DNA of 64,000 bases from Thermoplasmata archaeon. Lineage in GTDB: Archaea > Thermoplasmatota > Thermoplasmata > Lutacidiplasmatales > UBA184. The stretch is taken from NCBI GenBank assembly GCA_021817245.1, contig JAKAVQ010000001.1:212265-276264 (forward strand), written 5' to 3'. Below are positions 29,518 through 39,140 of this stretch, in pieces. The number at the start of each line of letters is the position of its first letter. Position 1 is the first letter of the stretch. The notes beneath the pieces were generated by a model that saw nothing but the letters and a program-made list of their open reading frames with translations, was not told where the DNA came from and did no database searches. The position numbers and the translations under genes are program-made.

Positions 29518-29877
29518 TCAGCGGCGGGTGATCGTGATCTCGCGGCGGTCCGGCGCGATCCGCTCGAGCAGGGCTCGGAGCGTCGCGTCGTCGACCTGTC
29601 GCTGCAACCGCCCGCTCGCCGCCAGCGCGATCAGCTGCTGCTCGACCGTGGAGGCGACATCGGGCTTCGCGAGGCGAATGCGGCCGAGCCGTTCGCGGGC
29701 CTCGGGCGTGAGGATCCTCCGGAGCACCTCGCTCCGCTCCGACTCGCGGCGCTGCATCTCGGCCTCTTGGGCCGCGTACGCCTGAGCGTTCGCGCTTTCG
29801 GAGACCTGCATCTGCTGGAGCTGCTGAAGGCGACGCCGACGGATCTCGGTGAGCTCGGCATCCTCCCCGTACGCCAT
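29518..29877 (-). CDS. PDCD5-like DNA-binding protein
   Basis: ELTEIRRRRLQQL...LRRILTPEARERLGRIRLAKP; conserved position after rps19e. Confidence 0.95.
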   Translation of the reverse strand: MAYGEDAELTEIRRRRLQQLQQMQVSESANAQAYAAQEAEMQRRESERSEVLRRILTPEARERLGRIRLAKPDVASTVEQQLIALAASGRLQRQVDDATLRALLERIAPDRREITITRR

Positions 29878-29909
29878 CGACCGCTCCCCCCCGCCCCACC
29901 GTACGGCCC

Positions 29910-30365
29910 TCAGAGGTACTTGGCGAGTTCGGGTCGCTCGGACGCCAGCTTCTCGAGGATCCCTTTCGAGATCGACGCGAGCAGCTTCTCGCCCTCCGCG
30001 CTGACCCGTCGACCCTGGGTCTTGTAGCGCTGGACCAGGCCGGACTTCTCGAGCTGGTGGACGATCTCCCGCAGGATCGCGCGTGAACCGGTGCGAGCGT
30101 GATAGGGGGCGCTGCCCCGGTCCCGCTTGCCGCCGTACTCGCTGCTGAGGCGGGTGACGCCGATGTGACCCTTCACGTAGATCTTCCGAAGGACCGAAGC
30201 GCTGCGGAGGTACCACCAGTCCGTGGCCACGGGCGCGCGCTGCTTGTGGACGCCGGTCTTGACGAAGGTCGCCCACTCGGGCGGCTGGACCGCTTGCCGG
30301 TTCTTGAGCTCCGTCGCGAGCTGGGGGAGCAGGAGGGACGGAGGGACGTCGTTCGGATGGGTCAT
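29910..30365 (-). CDS. rps19e: 30S ribosomal protein S19e
   Basis: PPEWATFVKTGVHK, WWYLRSASVLRKIY, QLEKSGLV. Confidence 0.95.
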   Translation of the reverse strand: MTHPNDVPPSLLLPQLATELKNRQAVQPPEWATFVKTGVHKQRAPVATDWWYLRSASVLRKIYVKGHIGVTRLSSEYGGKRDRGSAPYHARTGSRAILREIVHQLEKSGLVQRYKTQGRRVSAEGEKLLASISKGILEKLASERPELAKYL

Positions 30366-30391
30366 GGAGCGGCGCGGCCACTCGGCTGAGG

Positions 30392-30401
30392 TATTTAAAA
30401 A
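30392..30401 (-). promoter_or_regulatory. TATA box of the rps19e operon (probably leaderless)
   Basis: TTTTTAAATA about 27 nt upstream of ATG 30365. Confidence 0.7.
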
Positions 30402-30577
30402 CTAACGCCGGTCCACGGAGAGAGGGAGGGCTCCGGTTCCGGCCGTTCCGGTCGCCCGTGCGCCACCGGGAGGCGGGAGAGACGGGGTCGCAGGCCGTCC
30501 TCGCCGCCCCCGGAGCGCGGGACTCGAGGTTAACTAGCGGGCGCCGCGTGGGGGATGCGGAGCTCGAACGGAGCGCG

Positions 30578-31186
30578 ATGGCGAACGCGGCGCTCATCCT
30601 CGCGGCCGGAGCGTCGAGCCGCTTTGGCGGCTCTCCGAAGGCCCTTCTACCGGTCGACGAGCGCACGGCGGTGCGTCGGATTGCGGAAGTGGCGCTCGCC
30701 GAGGGCGCCTCGCCGGTCGTTGTCGTGATCGGGGCGCTCCGAGGTCCGATCGCGCACGAGCTGCGGGGACTGCCAGTTGAGCTGGTCGAGGCGGAGAACT
30801 GGTACGAGGGAAGGACCGCATCGATCCAGGCCGGCGTGCGCGCGCTCCCTGAGGAACACGACCTCCTGTTCTGGCCGGTCGACCACCCTTTCGTGACGGA
30901 ACGCACCGTGGGGACGTTGTTCGCGCTGAAAGAGCGGGACCTCCTTGGGACGTGGTTCATTCCGACGTACCAAGGGCGCGGCGGCCACCCGGTCCTCTGG
31001 CGGGCCTGCGTGCGGACGGCCTTGCTCGAGCTGCGCACCGACGCTCCGGTCCGGTCCCTGTTGCCCGAGCTGGGACCCCAGGTCCGGCGCTTTTCGGTCG
31101 ACGATCCCGGGGTGCTCGAGAACGTCGACGACCCCGAGCAGTTCCGGGCCGCCCACCAAGCGTGGCGTGCTCGCGAGGGGGTCTGA
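30578..31186 (+). CDS. mocA: Molybdenum cofactor cytidylyltransferase (MocA-like)
   Basis: LILAAGASSRFGGSPKALL, PVDHP, GGHPV, NVDDPE; adjacent to xdhC. Confidence 0.8.
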   Translation: MANAALILAAGASSRFGGSPKALLPVDERTAVRRIAEVALAEGASPVVVVIGALRGPIAHELRGLPVELVEAENWYEGRTASIQAGVRALPEEHDLLFWPVDHPFVTERTVGTLFALKERDLLGTWFIPTYQGRGGHPVLWRACVRTALLELRTDAPVRSLLPELGPQVRRFSVDDPGVLENVDDPEQFRAAHQAWRAREGV

Positions 31187-31192
31187 CCGCCC

Positions 31193-32038
31193 GTGGATCG
31201 GCGAGAACTGCACGAGGCGCTCCGGCTCGTCGAGGCGCACCGGCCGTTCGTCCGCGCGGTGGTGGTGTCGGCGACGGGCTCCGTGCCGGGGAAGCCGGGG
31301 GCCTCGATGCTGGTGCGCGAGGACGGCTCGGCCATCGGGACGGTCGGCGGGGCCGCGCTCGAGGAGCGGGTCAAGGAGCTGGCCCGAGCCGCGTTCGAGC
31401 AAGGCTCGGGAGGGCTCCATCACTTCGACCTCGCCGCCTGGAGGTCCGGGGGGCTCCCGAGCCTCTGTGGCGGCTCCGTTGAGATCGCGATCGAGTACGT
31501 CGGAGCTCGCCCGCACCTTCTCCTCTGGGGCGGGGGCCACGTGGCACACGCCCTCGCCGCGCTCCTTCCTCCGCTCGAGTACGACTACAGCGTCGCCGAC
31601 GATCGGGAGGATTGGGTCGGCGAGGAACGGTTCCCCTTGGCGGGGCGACGGGCGGTGGTGGCGCCGACAGCGCTGTGGCAGACGTTCGAGCCCGATGAGT
31701 ACACGCACCTCTTCGTCCTCGGCTACGACGCACGCAAGGATCTCGAGGTGCTCGCCGCGTCGATCGAACGATTCCCGGGGGCGATCGGGCTCATCGCGAG
31801 CGCCGCGAAGCGCGAGCACGTGTTCGCGTCGCTCCGGGATCGAGGGTTCTCCCGGGAGTCGATCGACCGCGTCCGATCCCCGGTCGGGATCGGGATCGGG
31901 GCCGAGAGCCCGCCCGAGATCGCCGTGAGCATCGTCGCCGAGCTCGTCGCCGAGCGCCACCCCCCGCGGTTCCGTACTCGAACAGTTGATAGTCGAGCGC
32001 AGCTTCGCGAGCGCGATGGCCAGCCCCGACCGCGTTAG
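31193..32038 (+). CDS. xdhC: XdhC/CoxI family Moco-insertion accessory protein
   Basis: GSVPGKPGASM, GTVGG, CGGSVEI, GGGHVA, SPVGIGIGAESPPEIAVSI. Confidence 0.9.
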   Translation: MDRRELHEALRLVEAHRPFVRAVVVSATGSVPGKPGASMLVREDGSAIGTVGGAALEERVKELARAAFEQGSGGLHHFDLAAWRSGGLPSLCGGSVEIAIEYVGARPHLLLWGGGHVAHALAALLPPLEYDYSVADDREDWVGEERFPLAGRRAVVAPTALWQTFEPDEYTHLFVLGYDARKDLEVLAASIERFPGAIGLIASAAKREHVFASLRDRGFSRESIDRVRSPVGIGIGAESPPEIAVSIVAELVAERHPPRFRTRTVDSRAQLRERDGQPRPR

Positions 32039-32486
32039 CTTCCGGCTGAACGGACAGCCGGTCGAACCGTCCTGCCCACCGGAGCGGATCCTCCTCGATC
32101 TCCTCCGCGAGGAGCTGCGGCTCACCGGGACGAAGCGCGGGTGCGACCTCGGCACCTGCGGCTGCTGCACCGTCCTCGTTGACGGTCGGCCGACCTTGAG
32201 CTGTCTTACCCTCGCGCGCCTCGTCGACGGTCGGTCGGTCGATACGATCGAGGGCCTGTCGCCGGCCCAAGGCCTCTCGCCGGTCCAGCGGTCGTTCGTC
32301 GAGCACGGGGCGACCCAGTGCGGGTTCTGCACGCCCGGGTTCGTCGTGACGGCCACCGCCCTTCTCCGGCGGAACCCGCACCCCTCGCGCGCCGAGATCG
32401 AGGGCGCGATCGCGGGCAATCTCTGCCGGTGCACCGGATACCGGAAGATCGTCGAGGCGATCGAGGCGGCCGCCGGAGGACGCTGA
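32016..32486 (+). CDS. hcrC: Xanthine-oxidase-family 2x[2Fe-2S] subunit (HcrC-like)
   Basis: GTKRGCDLGTCGCCTV, QCGFCTPG, GNLCRCTGY. Confidence 0.85.
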   Translation: MASPDRVSFRLNGQPVEPSCPPERILLDLLREELRLTGTKRGCDLGTCGCCTVLVDGRPTLSCLTLARLVDGRSVDTIEGLSPAQGLSPVQRSFVEHGATQCGFCTPGFVVTATALLRRNPHPSRAEIEGAIAGNLCRCTGYRKIVEAIEAAAGGR

Positions 32487-34810
32487 TGGCGTCGGTGTCG
32501 GAGAGTCCGTACCGGTTGCTCGGCCGGCGGATCCCGTACGTGGAAGGGCCTCTCAAGGTCACCGGCCGGGCCGAGTACACGGACGATCTCCAGCGGCCCG
32601 GCATGCTGGTCGGCCGCCTGTTGCGGAGCCCCTGGCCGCACGCGCGTCTGCGCTCGATCGACGTCACCGCAGCCCGTGCCGTGCCGGGAGTGCACGCCGT
32701 GCTGACGGGCGACCGGTACCCGACCCCGTTCGGGGTCCTCCCGATCACGCACGACGAGACGGCGATCGCGGTCGGCAAGGCCCGCTACATCGGCGACATC
32801 GTCGCCGCCGTCGCGGCGAGCGACGAGCGTACGGCCGAGCGGGCCCTCTCGCTCGTGCGGTTCGACGTCGAGCCCCTGCCGGAGCACTCGGATCCGCGCA
32901 TGGGCGTCTCGAAGGTCGACGAACCGATCCACGCCCGGGGGCTTGCCGGTTCCAACGTCCAGAAGGAGGTCGTGCAGCACTTCGGAGATGTCGATCAGGC
33001 GTTCGCACGGGCCGCGCACTCGGTCCGGGTCCGCGGCACCTTCGCCGGCGTCACTCACGCATTCACCGAACCGATGGCCACGGTTGCGGAGGCGACGCCG
33101 GACGGGCGGCTCACCGTCTATAGCGCGACGCAGGTGCCGCACTACCTCCACCGCGCGCTCTCCGAGGTCCTGGGCCTCCCGATGCACCGGATCCGGGTGA
33201 TCAAACCCGAGGTCGGCGGCGGGTTCGGAGGGAAGTCCGATCCATTGCCCCACGAGATCGTCTGCGCCGCGCTCGCGATCGAGACCGGGCGCCCGGTGAA
33301 GATCCTCTTCGATCGGGAGGACGTCTTCTACACGAACCACGGGCGTCACCCGACCCAGAACGACGTCCGCATCGCGACCGACGCCGACGGAAACCTTCTC
33401 GCCTACGACATCGAAGCGCTGATCGACGGCGGCGCCTGGAGCTCGTTCGGGACCGTCACGACATACTACAACGGCGTCCTCTCCATGGGACCGTACCGCG
33501 TTCCGAACTTCCGGTACCGGGGACGACGCGTCTACACGAATCGGCCGCCGTCCGGCGCGATGCGCGCGCACGGCGGCACGAACATCCGCTACACCATCGA
33601 GGTCGCCCTCGACCGGCTCGCGGAGGAGATCGGGACCGACCCGTTCGACCTCCGCGTGCGGAACGCCCTCCCGCCGGACTCCACGACGATCAACCAGTTC
33701 CGCATCACCTCGAGCTCGTTCCTCGAATGCCTTTCCGCCGTCCGGACCGCGAGCGGATGGGACGAGAAGTTCCGAAAGCTCCCCTACGGCCGCGGCGTCG
33801 GGCTCGGCTGCGGCTTCTACATCTCGGGATCGAACAGCCCAATCCACTTCACGCCGAAGATGCCCCAGTCGACCGTCCATCTGAAGGTCGACATGGACGG
33901 CGGGATCGCGGTGCACTCGATGCAGGCCGACATCGGCCAAGGGTCGAACACGCTCCTCGCGGCGATCGTCGCCGAGGTCCTCGGCGTGGACCTCGATCGG
34001 GTGCACGTCCAGCGCGTCGACTCGGACGTGAGCCCGATCGATCTCGGATCGTACTCGAGCCGCGTGACGTTCATGATGGGCAACGCCGCCCGGCGCGCGG
34101 CCGAGGAGCTGAAGGAGCGCTTGCTCGCCGCCGCCGCCGAGCTGCTCGGACGGCCGGCGGCCTCCCTCAAGGTCGGCCACGAGCGGTTCGAACTCTCGGA
34201 GGACCCGTCGGTCGGCGTGCCGTTCCTCGAAGCCCTCCACCGCGCGATGGAGACGACCGGGGCGCTCACCTCGAGCGGGTCGTACCAGACCGACCCCCGG
34301 GGCGGCGCGTTCAAGGGGGCCAAGGCCGGGACGGCCCCGGCCTATTCGTTCGCGGCGTACGTCGCCGAGGTCGAGGTCGATCATGAGACCGGTGAGTACC
34401 GGGTCGAGAAGGTCTGGGCCGGGTTCGATTGCGGCCGGCCGCTCAACCGCCTGGCGGTCGAGGGCCAGATCGAGGGGTCGATCCACATGGGCCTCGGGCA
34501 GGTGCTCGGCGAGTCGATGAACTACCGGGGGGCCCGCCTGTTCAACCCGTCGCTCCTCGAGTACAAGATCCCGACGCCCCAGCAGATGCCCGAGGTCGAG
34601 ATCCTCCTGGTGGGACGGGACGACCCGGCCGGGCCGTTCGGCGCGAAGGAGGCGGGGGAAGGGCCGCTGATCGCCACGCTCCCGGCCGTGGGCAACGCGC
34701 TGTACGACGCGATCGGCGTGCGGTTCACCGAGCTGCCGATCACTCCGGATCGGGTCCTACGCGGGATCGACCGCCGGCACGCCGAGGGCCGCGGCTGGAA
34801 GGGGAGGTAG
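32486..34810 (+). CDS. hcrA: Molybdopterin-binding large subunit, 4-hydroxybenzoyl-CoA reductase alpha-like
   Basis: TQVPHY, GGGFGGK, GAMRAHG, DIGQGS, GSYSSRVT, GAKEAGEG; TGATG coupling. Family certain, substrate inferred. Confidence 0.75.
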   Translation: MASVSESPYRLLGRRIPYVEGPLKVTGRAEYTDDLQRPGMLVGRLLRSPWPHARLRSIDVTAARAVPGVHAVLTGDRYPTPFGVLPITHDETAIAVGKARYIGDIVAAVAASDERTAERALSLVRFDVEPLPEHSDPRMGVSKVDEPIHARGLAGSNVQKEVVQHFGDVDQAFARAAHSVRVRGTFAGVTHAFTEPMATVAEATPDGRLTVYSATQVPHYLHRALSEVLGLPMHRIRVIKPEVGGGFGGKSDPLPHEIVCAALAIETGRPVKILFDREDVFYTNHGRHPTQNDVRIATDADGNLLAYDIEALIDGGAWSSFGTVTTYYNGVLSMGPYRVPNFRYRGRRVYTNRPPSGAMRAHGGTNIRYTIEVALDRLAEEIGTDPFDLRVRNALPPDSTTINQFRITSSSFLECLSAVRTASGWDEKFRKLPYGRGVGLGCGFYISGSNSPIHFTPKMPQSTVHLKVDMDGGIAVHSMQADIGQGSNTLLAAIVAEVLGVDLDRVHVQRVDSDVSPIDLGSYSSRVTFMMGNAARRAAEELKERLLAAAAELLGRPAASLKVGHERFELSEDPSVGVPFLEALHRAMETTGALTSSGSYQTDPRGGAFKGAKAGTAPAYSFAAYVAEVEVDHETGEYRVEKVWAGFDCGRPLNRLAVEGQIEGSIHMGLGQVLGESMNYRGARLFNPSLLEYKIPTPQQMPEVEILLVGRDDPAGPFGAKEAGEGPLIATLPAVGNALYDAIGVRFTELPITPDRVLRGIDRRHAEGRGWKGR

Positions 34811-34815
34811 GCCGG

Positions 34816-35802
34816 ATGCACCTCGATCCGTTCGAGCTCCACCGGCCCACGAGCGTGGAGGAGGCGGTGCGGCTGGCCCGCGAGCTCGCGGGCCGGTGCG
34901 ACTACCTCGCCGGCGGTACGGACCTCCTGCCCAACTACAAGATGCACCTCAATCTCCGGCCCCACCTCATCGCGCTCGGGGACGTCCGGGAACTTCGCGG
35001 ACATTCGCTCGACCGCGTCGGGGCCGCCGAACCCCTCGCCGATCTGGAGGCCGACCCGGAGTTCCGCGCCGCGTACCCCGGCGTCGCGGACGCCCTCGGC
35101 GAGGTCGCGACCCCCCTCGTGCGGGCGAGCGGGACGCTCGGCGGGAACCTATTGGTCGAGACCCGCTGTTTCTTCTTCAACCAGAGCTACTTCTGGCGCT
35201 CGAGCCTCGGCTTCTGCCTCAAGGCCGACGGGGACAAGTGCCACGTCGTTCCGCAGAAGGAACGGTGTTACGCGACGTTCTCGGGCGACCTCGCGCCGGC
35301 GTTCCTCACGCTCGACGCGGAGGTCGAGGTCGCCGGTCCCTCGGGCCGCCGACGCCGGCCACTTTCCGAGCTCTACGACGCCGCGGGCGATGGGATACGC
35401 CGTCTCTCGCTTGCACCGGGCGAGCTGGTGGTGGCATTGCATCTGCCGAGGGCCGCGCGGGGCCAGCGCGGTCGGTACAAGAAGCTGCGGGTGCGCCCCT
35501 CGTTCGACTTCCCCGAGCTCGGGGTCGCGGTCGCGGGTCGCTGGGACGAGCGCTCGGTGGACCGTCTCTCGCTCGCGGTCGGGGGCGTCGAGACCTACCC
35601 CCGCCGGTTCGACGAGCTCACCTCGCCGCTCCTCGGCGCCCCCCTCACGACCGACCGCGTGGACGAGCTCGCCGAAGCGGTCCTGAGAAAAGTACGGCCG
35701 GTCCACAACACGTTTCTCTTGCCGGATTACCGCCGGCGCATGGTGGCGGTCTACGTCCGACGCGCGCTGGCCGAGGCCCGAGAGGGCGGAGCCGCCGGAT
35801 GA
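34816..35802 (+). CDS. hcrB: FAD-binding subunit with [4Fe-4S] insertion (HcrB-like)
   Basis: AGGTDL, TLGGN and the Cys insertion TRCFFFNQSYFWRSSLGFCLKADGDKCHVVPQKERCYATFSGDLAP. Confidence 0.8.
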   Translation: MHLDPFELHRPTSVEEAVRLARELAGRCDYLAGGTDLLPNYKMHLNLRPHLIALGDVRELRGHSLDRVGAAEPLADLEADPEFRAAYPGVADALGEVATPLVRASGTLGGNLLVETRCFFFNQSYFWRSSLGFCLKADGDKCHVVPQKERCYATFSGDLAPAFLTLDAEVEVAGPSGRRRRPLSELYDAAGDGIRRLSLAPGELVVALHLPRAARGQRGRYKKLRVRPSFDFPELGVAVAGRWDERSVDRLSLAVGGVETYPRRFDELTSPLLGAPLTTDRVDELAEAVLRKVRPVHNTFLLPDYRRRMVAVYVRRALAEAREGGAAG

Positions 35803-36275
35803 GCGAGCCGGAGTTCCGACTCGTCCCGATCGCCCACCTGAGGGCCCACGAACAGTACGAGGAGCCGAACGTCCGGGACCTGGTCGAGGAGATCCGGGCG
35901 AAGGGGGTCTTCGCCGACCCGATCTGGGTCGCCCGGGACACCTACGTCATCCTCAACGGACACCACCGCGTCGAAGCGGCCCGACGGCTCGGGCTCCGCG
36001 AGGTCCCGGCGTGGGTCATCGAGTACGACTGCGATCTGATCTCGCTCGAGCCGTGGTCGCCCGGTCCGCCGATCGCGAAGGCGGAGGTCGTCCGCCGGGC
36101 CCTCGCCGGCGAGCTGTTTCCGCCGAAAACCACCCGGCACCGGTTGCGCGTCACGCTGCCGATGCGGTCGATGTCGCTCGGGGAGCTCCTCCGGACGGGC
36201 GAGCGCCCCGCCGCTCAGGCCGATCGGGGGGACGTCGCGCCGGCGCGGAAGCTCTCGCCGGGGCGGAGCGGATAG
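35799..36275 (+). CDS. ParB/Srx-fold protein, SerK/SbnI-like
   Basis: HEQ, PIWV, ILNGHHR, FPPKTTRH; ATGA overlap with hcrB. Confidence 0.75.
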   Translation: MSEPEFRLVPIAHLRAHEQYEEPNVRDLVEEIRAKGVFADPIWVARDTYVILNGHHRVEAARRLGLREVPAWVIEYDCDLISLEPWSPGPPIAKAEVVRRALAGELFPPKTTRHRLRVTLPMRSMSLGELLRTGERPAAQADRGDVAPARKLSPGRSG

Positions 36276-36874
36276 GGCAGCGGAAGCTCCCCGAGCGCGA
36301 ACCGCCGGATCGTCTCTGAGAGCAGGCGGACCTCGACGGGGTGCACCCGGTCCCGCAAGGTCGCCGGGGTGTCGCCCGGTTCTACCGGTACCGCTTCCTG
36401 GACGAGGGCGGGTCCGCCGTCGACCTCCTCGGTGACCAGCTGAACCGTGACTCCGGTCTCCGTCTCGCCACCGGCGAGGACGGCCTCGTGGACGTGCGCG
36501 CCGTACATCCCCATGCCTCCGTACTTCGGCAGGAGCGACGGATGGATGTTCAGCGCACGCCCCCGCCAGTGGGCGACCCAGGAGGCGGGGAGGATCGAAA
36601 GGAACCCGGTGAGCACGACGAGCCGGACGCCGTGGTCGTCGAGCTCGCGGGTGAGCCGGTCGGACCATTCCTCCCGATCGACGCCCCGCGACGGGAGGAG
36701 GAGCGTCGGGAGCTCTCGGCGACGCGCCCGCTCGATCGCGCGCGCGTTCGGCCGGTCAATGACGACGAGGGCGATCGCGGCCGGGAGACGTCCGATGGCG
36801 ATCTCCTCGGCCAGCGCGTCGAGGGTCGTCCCTTCTCCCGAGGCAAGGACCCCGAAGCGGAACGCCGCGTCCAC
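36215..36874 (-). CDS. purN: Phosphoribosylglycinamide formyltransferase
   Basis: VLASGEGT, LNIHPSLLPKYGG, GVTV...VDGGP; TTTTAA element at 36895-36900. Confidence 0.95.
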   Translation of the reverse strand: MDAAFRFGVLASGEGTTLDALAEEIAIGRLPAAIALVVIDRPNARAIERARRRELPTLLLPSRGVDREEWSDRLTRELDDHGVRLVVLTGFLSILPASWVAHWRGRALNIHPSLLPKYGGMGMYGAHVHEAVLAGGETETGVTVQLVTEEVDGGPALVQEAVPVEPGDTPATLRDRVHPVEVRLLSETIRRFALGELPLPYPLRPGESFRAGATSPRSA

Positions 36875-37110
36875 GTCGCCACGAGCGGTCCCGGTTAAAA
36901 GAGCGTGGCGGAAGCGAGGGACCGCGGCGGACGGGCCTTTCGGCGGAGAGGTCCCGTGGTTCCGGGGTCCTTCCCCGACGCCCTCTCTCTGTCCGGGAAG
37001 GTCGATCCCTTCTCGGGCCGCTCCGAGGATCCGACGCGAGGACAGGGCGGTTGCCGGCGGGCGCGGCCGGCCGGGGAACGCTCAAGTGGCCGCGCGCTCC
37101 GGTCCGGCCG

Positions 37111-37803
37111 ATGCCGGGAGACGAACGGTCGGGAGAGAGCTGGGCGGCGGTGGACCGGTACTTCGAGGAGCGGATGGCGCTCTCCGACCCGGTGCTCGAC
37201 GCGGCGCTCGAGGACAGCCGGGCCGCGGGGCTGCCCGACATCCAGGTGAGTCCGGCCCAGGGGAAGCTCTTGCAGCTCCTCGCTCGGGCCCTCCGCGCGC
37301 GGACGGTACTCGAGGTCGGCACGCTCGGAGGCTACAGTGCGATCTGGCTGGCCCGAGCTCTGCCTCCCGATGGGCGCCTCGTCTCGCTCGAGCTGAGCCC
37401 GGTGCATGCGGCCGTTGCGCGCAGGAACCTCGAGCGGGCCGGCGTCTCCGACCGGGTCGCGATCCGAGTCGGGCCGGCGATCGAAACCTTCCCGACGCTC
37501 CTCCGGGAGAAGTTCGGGCCGTTCGACCTCGCGTTCATCGACGCGGACAAGCCCTCGACCGCCGACTACTTCGAGTGGGCGCTGCGGCTCGCCCGGCCGG
37601 GGAGCGTCATCGTCGTCGACAACGTCGTCCGCAACGGGGCGGTCTCCGATCCCACGAGCCGGGACCCGAACGTTCTCGGGATCCGACGGTTCTTCGACCG
37701 GCTCGCGCGCGAGCCGCGGGCGAACGCGACCGCGATCCAGACCGTGGGTACGAAGTCGTACGACGGCTTCGCGGTGGTGCTCGTCGGGGAGACCCCGACG
37801 TAG
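37111..37803 (+). CDS. O-methyltransferase (Methyltransf_3 family)
   Basis: VSPAQGKLL, LEVGTLGGYS, FIDADK, VVDNVVRNG, YDGF. Confidence 0.9.
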   Translation: MPGDERSGESWAAVDRYFEERMALSDPVLDAALEDSRAAGLPDIQVSPAQGKLLQLLARALRARTVLEVGTLGGYSAIWLARALPPDGRLVSLELSPVHAAVARRNLERAGVSDRVAIRVGPAIETFPTLLREKFGPFDLAFIDADKPSTADYFEWALRLARPGSVIVVDNVVRNGAVSDPTSRDPNVLGIRRFFDRLAREPRANATAIQTVGTKSYDGFAVVLVGETPT

Positions 37804-37856
37804 GCAGTCGCCGGGGGCCGCGGCCCCACCAGAGGCCGATCGCGACCGTCGCCCGA

Positions 37857-38825
37857 TCAGAGCATCACGCGAAGGTTCAGCTTGTCGGTGAGCTCCTTGT
37901 AGCGGTTGCGGATTGTCACTTCGGTCACGCCCGCGACCTCGGCGACCTCCCGCTGGGTGCGGCGTTCGCCGCATTGGACGCTGGCGATGTAGATCGCGGC
38001 GGCCGCGACGCCCGTGGGGCCACGGCCGCTCGTGAGCTCGCGCTCGGTCGCCTCCTTCAGGATGTCGTTCGCGCGAGTCTGGATCTCGCCCTTCAGCTTG
38101 AGCTCCGAGCAGAACCGCTGGATGTAGTCCTGCGGCCGGGTCGGCATGAGCTTCAGGTGGAGCTCCCGCGTCATGAAGCGGTACGTGCGGCCGATCTCCT
38201 TGCGACCGATCCGGGACTTCGACGCGATCTCGTCGAGGGTCCGCGGCACGTTGCACTGCCGGCAGCTGCCGTAGAGCGACGCCGCGACGACCCCTTCGAT
38301 CGAGCGGCCGCGGATCAGGTTGCGATTGACCGCCTTACGGTAGATCATCGCCGCGGTCTCCCGCACGTTCCGCGGGAGCGCCATCCCCGACGCGATGCGG
38401 TCGAGCTCGGCGAGCGCGAAGGCAAGGTTGCGTTCGGTCGCGTTCGAGACCCGGATCCGTCGCTGCCACTTGCGAAGTCGGTAGAGCTGCGCGCGGTTCC
38501 GGGTCGGGATCGACTTCCCGTACGGGTCCCGGTTCTTCCAACCGATCTCGGTCGAGAGACCCTTGTCGTGGATCGTCAGCGTCGTCGGAGCGCCGGTCCG
38601 CGCCCGCTTCTCTCCCTGCTCGGCGTCGAACGCCCGCCAGTCCGGTCCCTGGTCGATCATCGACTCCTCGAGGACGAGGCCGCACTCGTCGCAGACGAGC
38701 TCCCCGCGCTCGTAGTCGCGCGTGAGGTGCGTCGACCCGCAGCTCGTGCAGCGGGTCGGCACAGCGAGGTCCTCCGGTCGGGCCGCGGGCTTCTCCGGGT
38801 TCGTCGGCGCCTCTTCGTTCTGCAT
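37857..38825 (-). CDS. tfb: Transcription initiation factor IIB
   Basis: CTSC..CDEC Zn ribbon, [16 protein letters not shown], cyclin repeats, [10 protein letters not shown]. Confidence 0.97.
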   Translation of the reverse strand: MQNEEAPTNPEKPAARPEDLAVPTRCTSCGSTHLTRDYERGELVCDECGLVLEESMIDQGPDWRAFDAEQGEKRARTGAPTTLTIHDKGLSTEIGWKNRDPYGKSIPTRNRAQLYRLRKWQRRIRVSNATERNLAFALAELDRIASGMALPRNVRETAAMIYRKAVNRNLIRGRSIEGVVAASLYGSCRQCNVPRTLDEIASKSRIGRKEIGRTYRFMTRELHLKLMPTRPQDYIQRFCSELKLKGEIQTRANDILKEATERELTSGRGPTGVAAAAIYIASVQCGERRTQREVAEVAGVTEVTIRNRYKELTDKLNLRVML

Positions 38826-38839
38826 TCGTTCCGGTCCTG

Positions 38840-39106
38840 CTACTCTCGGACGAGCGTCGAGCCGATCAGCGCGAGTCCCTCTTCCGGCGTCGGGGTGCGG
38901 CGGGGCCGCACGCTCAGGTACGGCCGGGCGACCGGGCCGAAGACCCGGACGACCTTGCCGCGGAGATGCCCCCGCGTGTCGCGGACCGGCGTCCCTTCGA
39001 TCGCGACCTCGGCCGACGGAGCGCGCACGGTCAGAGTTCCGGTGGGGGTCACCGAAAGAACCGTGCCGACCTCGCGCGTTGCCGACCGGACGCCGCCTCG
39101 CGACAA
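38840..39106 (-). CDS. gar1: H/ACA RNP subunit Gar1/Naf1 family
   Basis: [17 protein letters not shown] motif; conserved gar1-tfb order; TTG start at 39106 uncertain. Confidence 0.85.
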   Translation of the reverse strand: MSRGGVRSATREVGTVLSVTPTGTLTVRAPSAEVAIEGTPVRDTRGHLRGKVVRVFGPVARPYLSVRPRRTPTPEEGLALIGSTLVRE

Positions 39107-39137
39107 GTGGTATAAACCACTTGCGATACGTATTAAA
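39104..39137 (-). promoter_or_regulatory. gar1-tfb promoter with perfect 8-bp inverted repeat
   Basis: CAAGTGGT-ATAA-ACCACTTG (39104-39123) plus a TTTAATA element at 39131-39137. Confidence 0.6.
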
Positions 39138-39140
39138 GGA

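Noticed and set aside
30647-34486. 1279-aa - strand ORF
   Set aside because: Antisense shadow of the mocA-xdhC-hcrCA genes, which carry clear motifs on the + strand.
36900-37100. Hairpin-rich intergenic region between purN and the O-methyltransferase, considered as ncRNA or riboswitch
   Set aside because: Stems rely on G/C runs and G-U pairs expected by chance; no SRP, RNase P or riboswitch consensus recognised.
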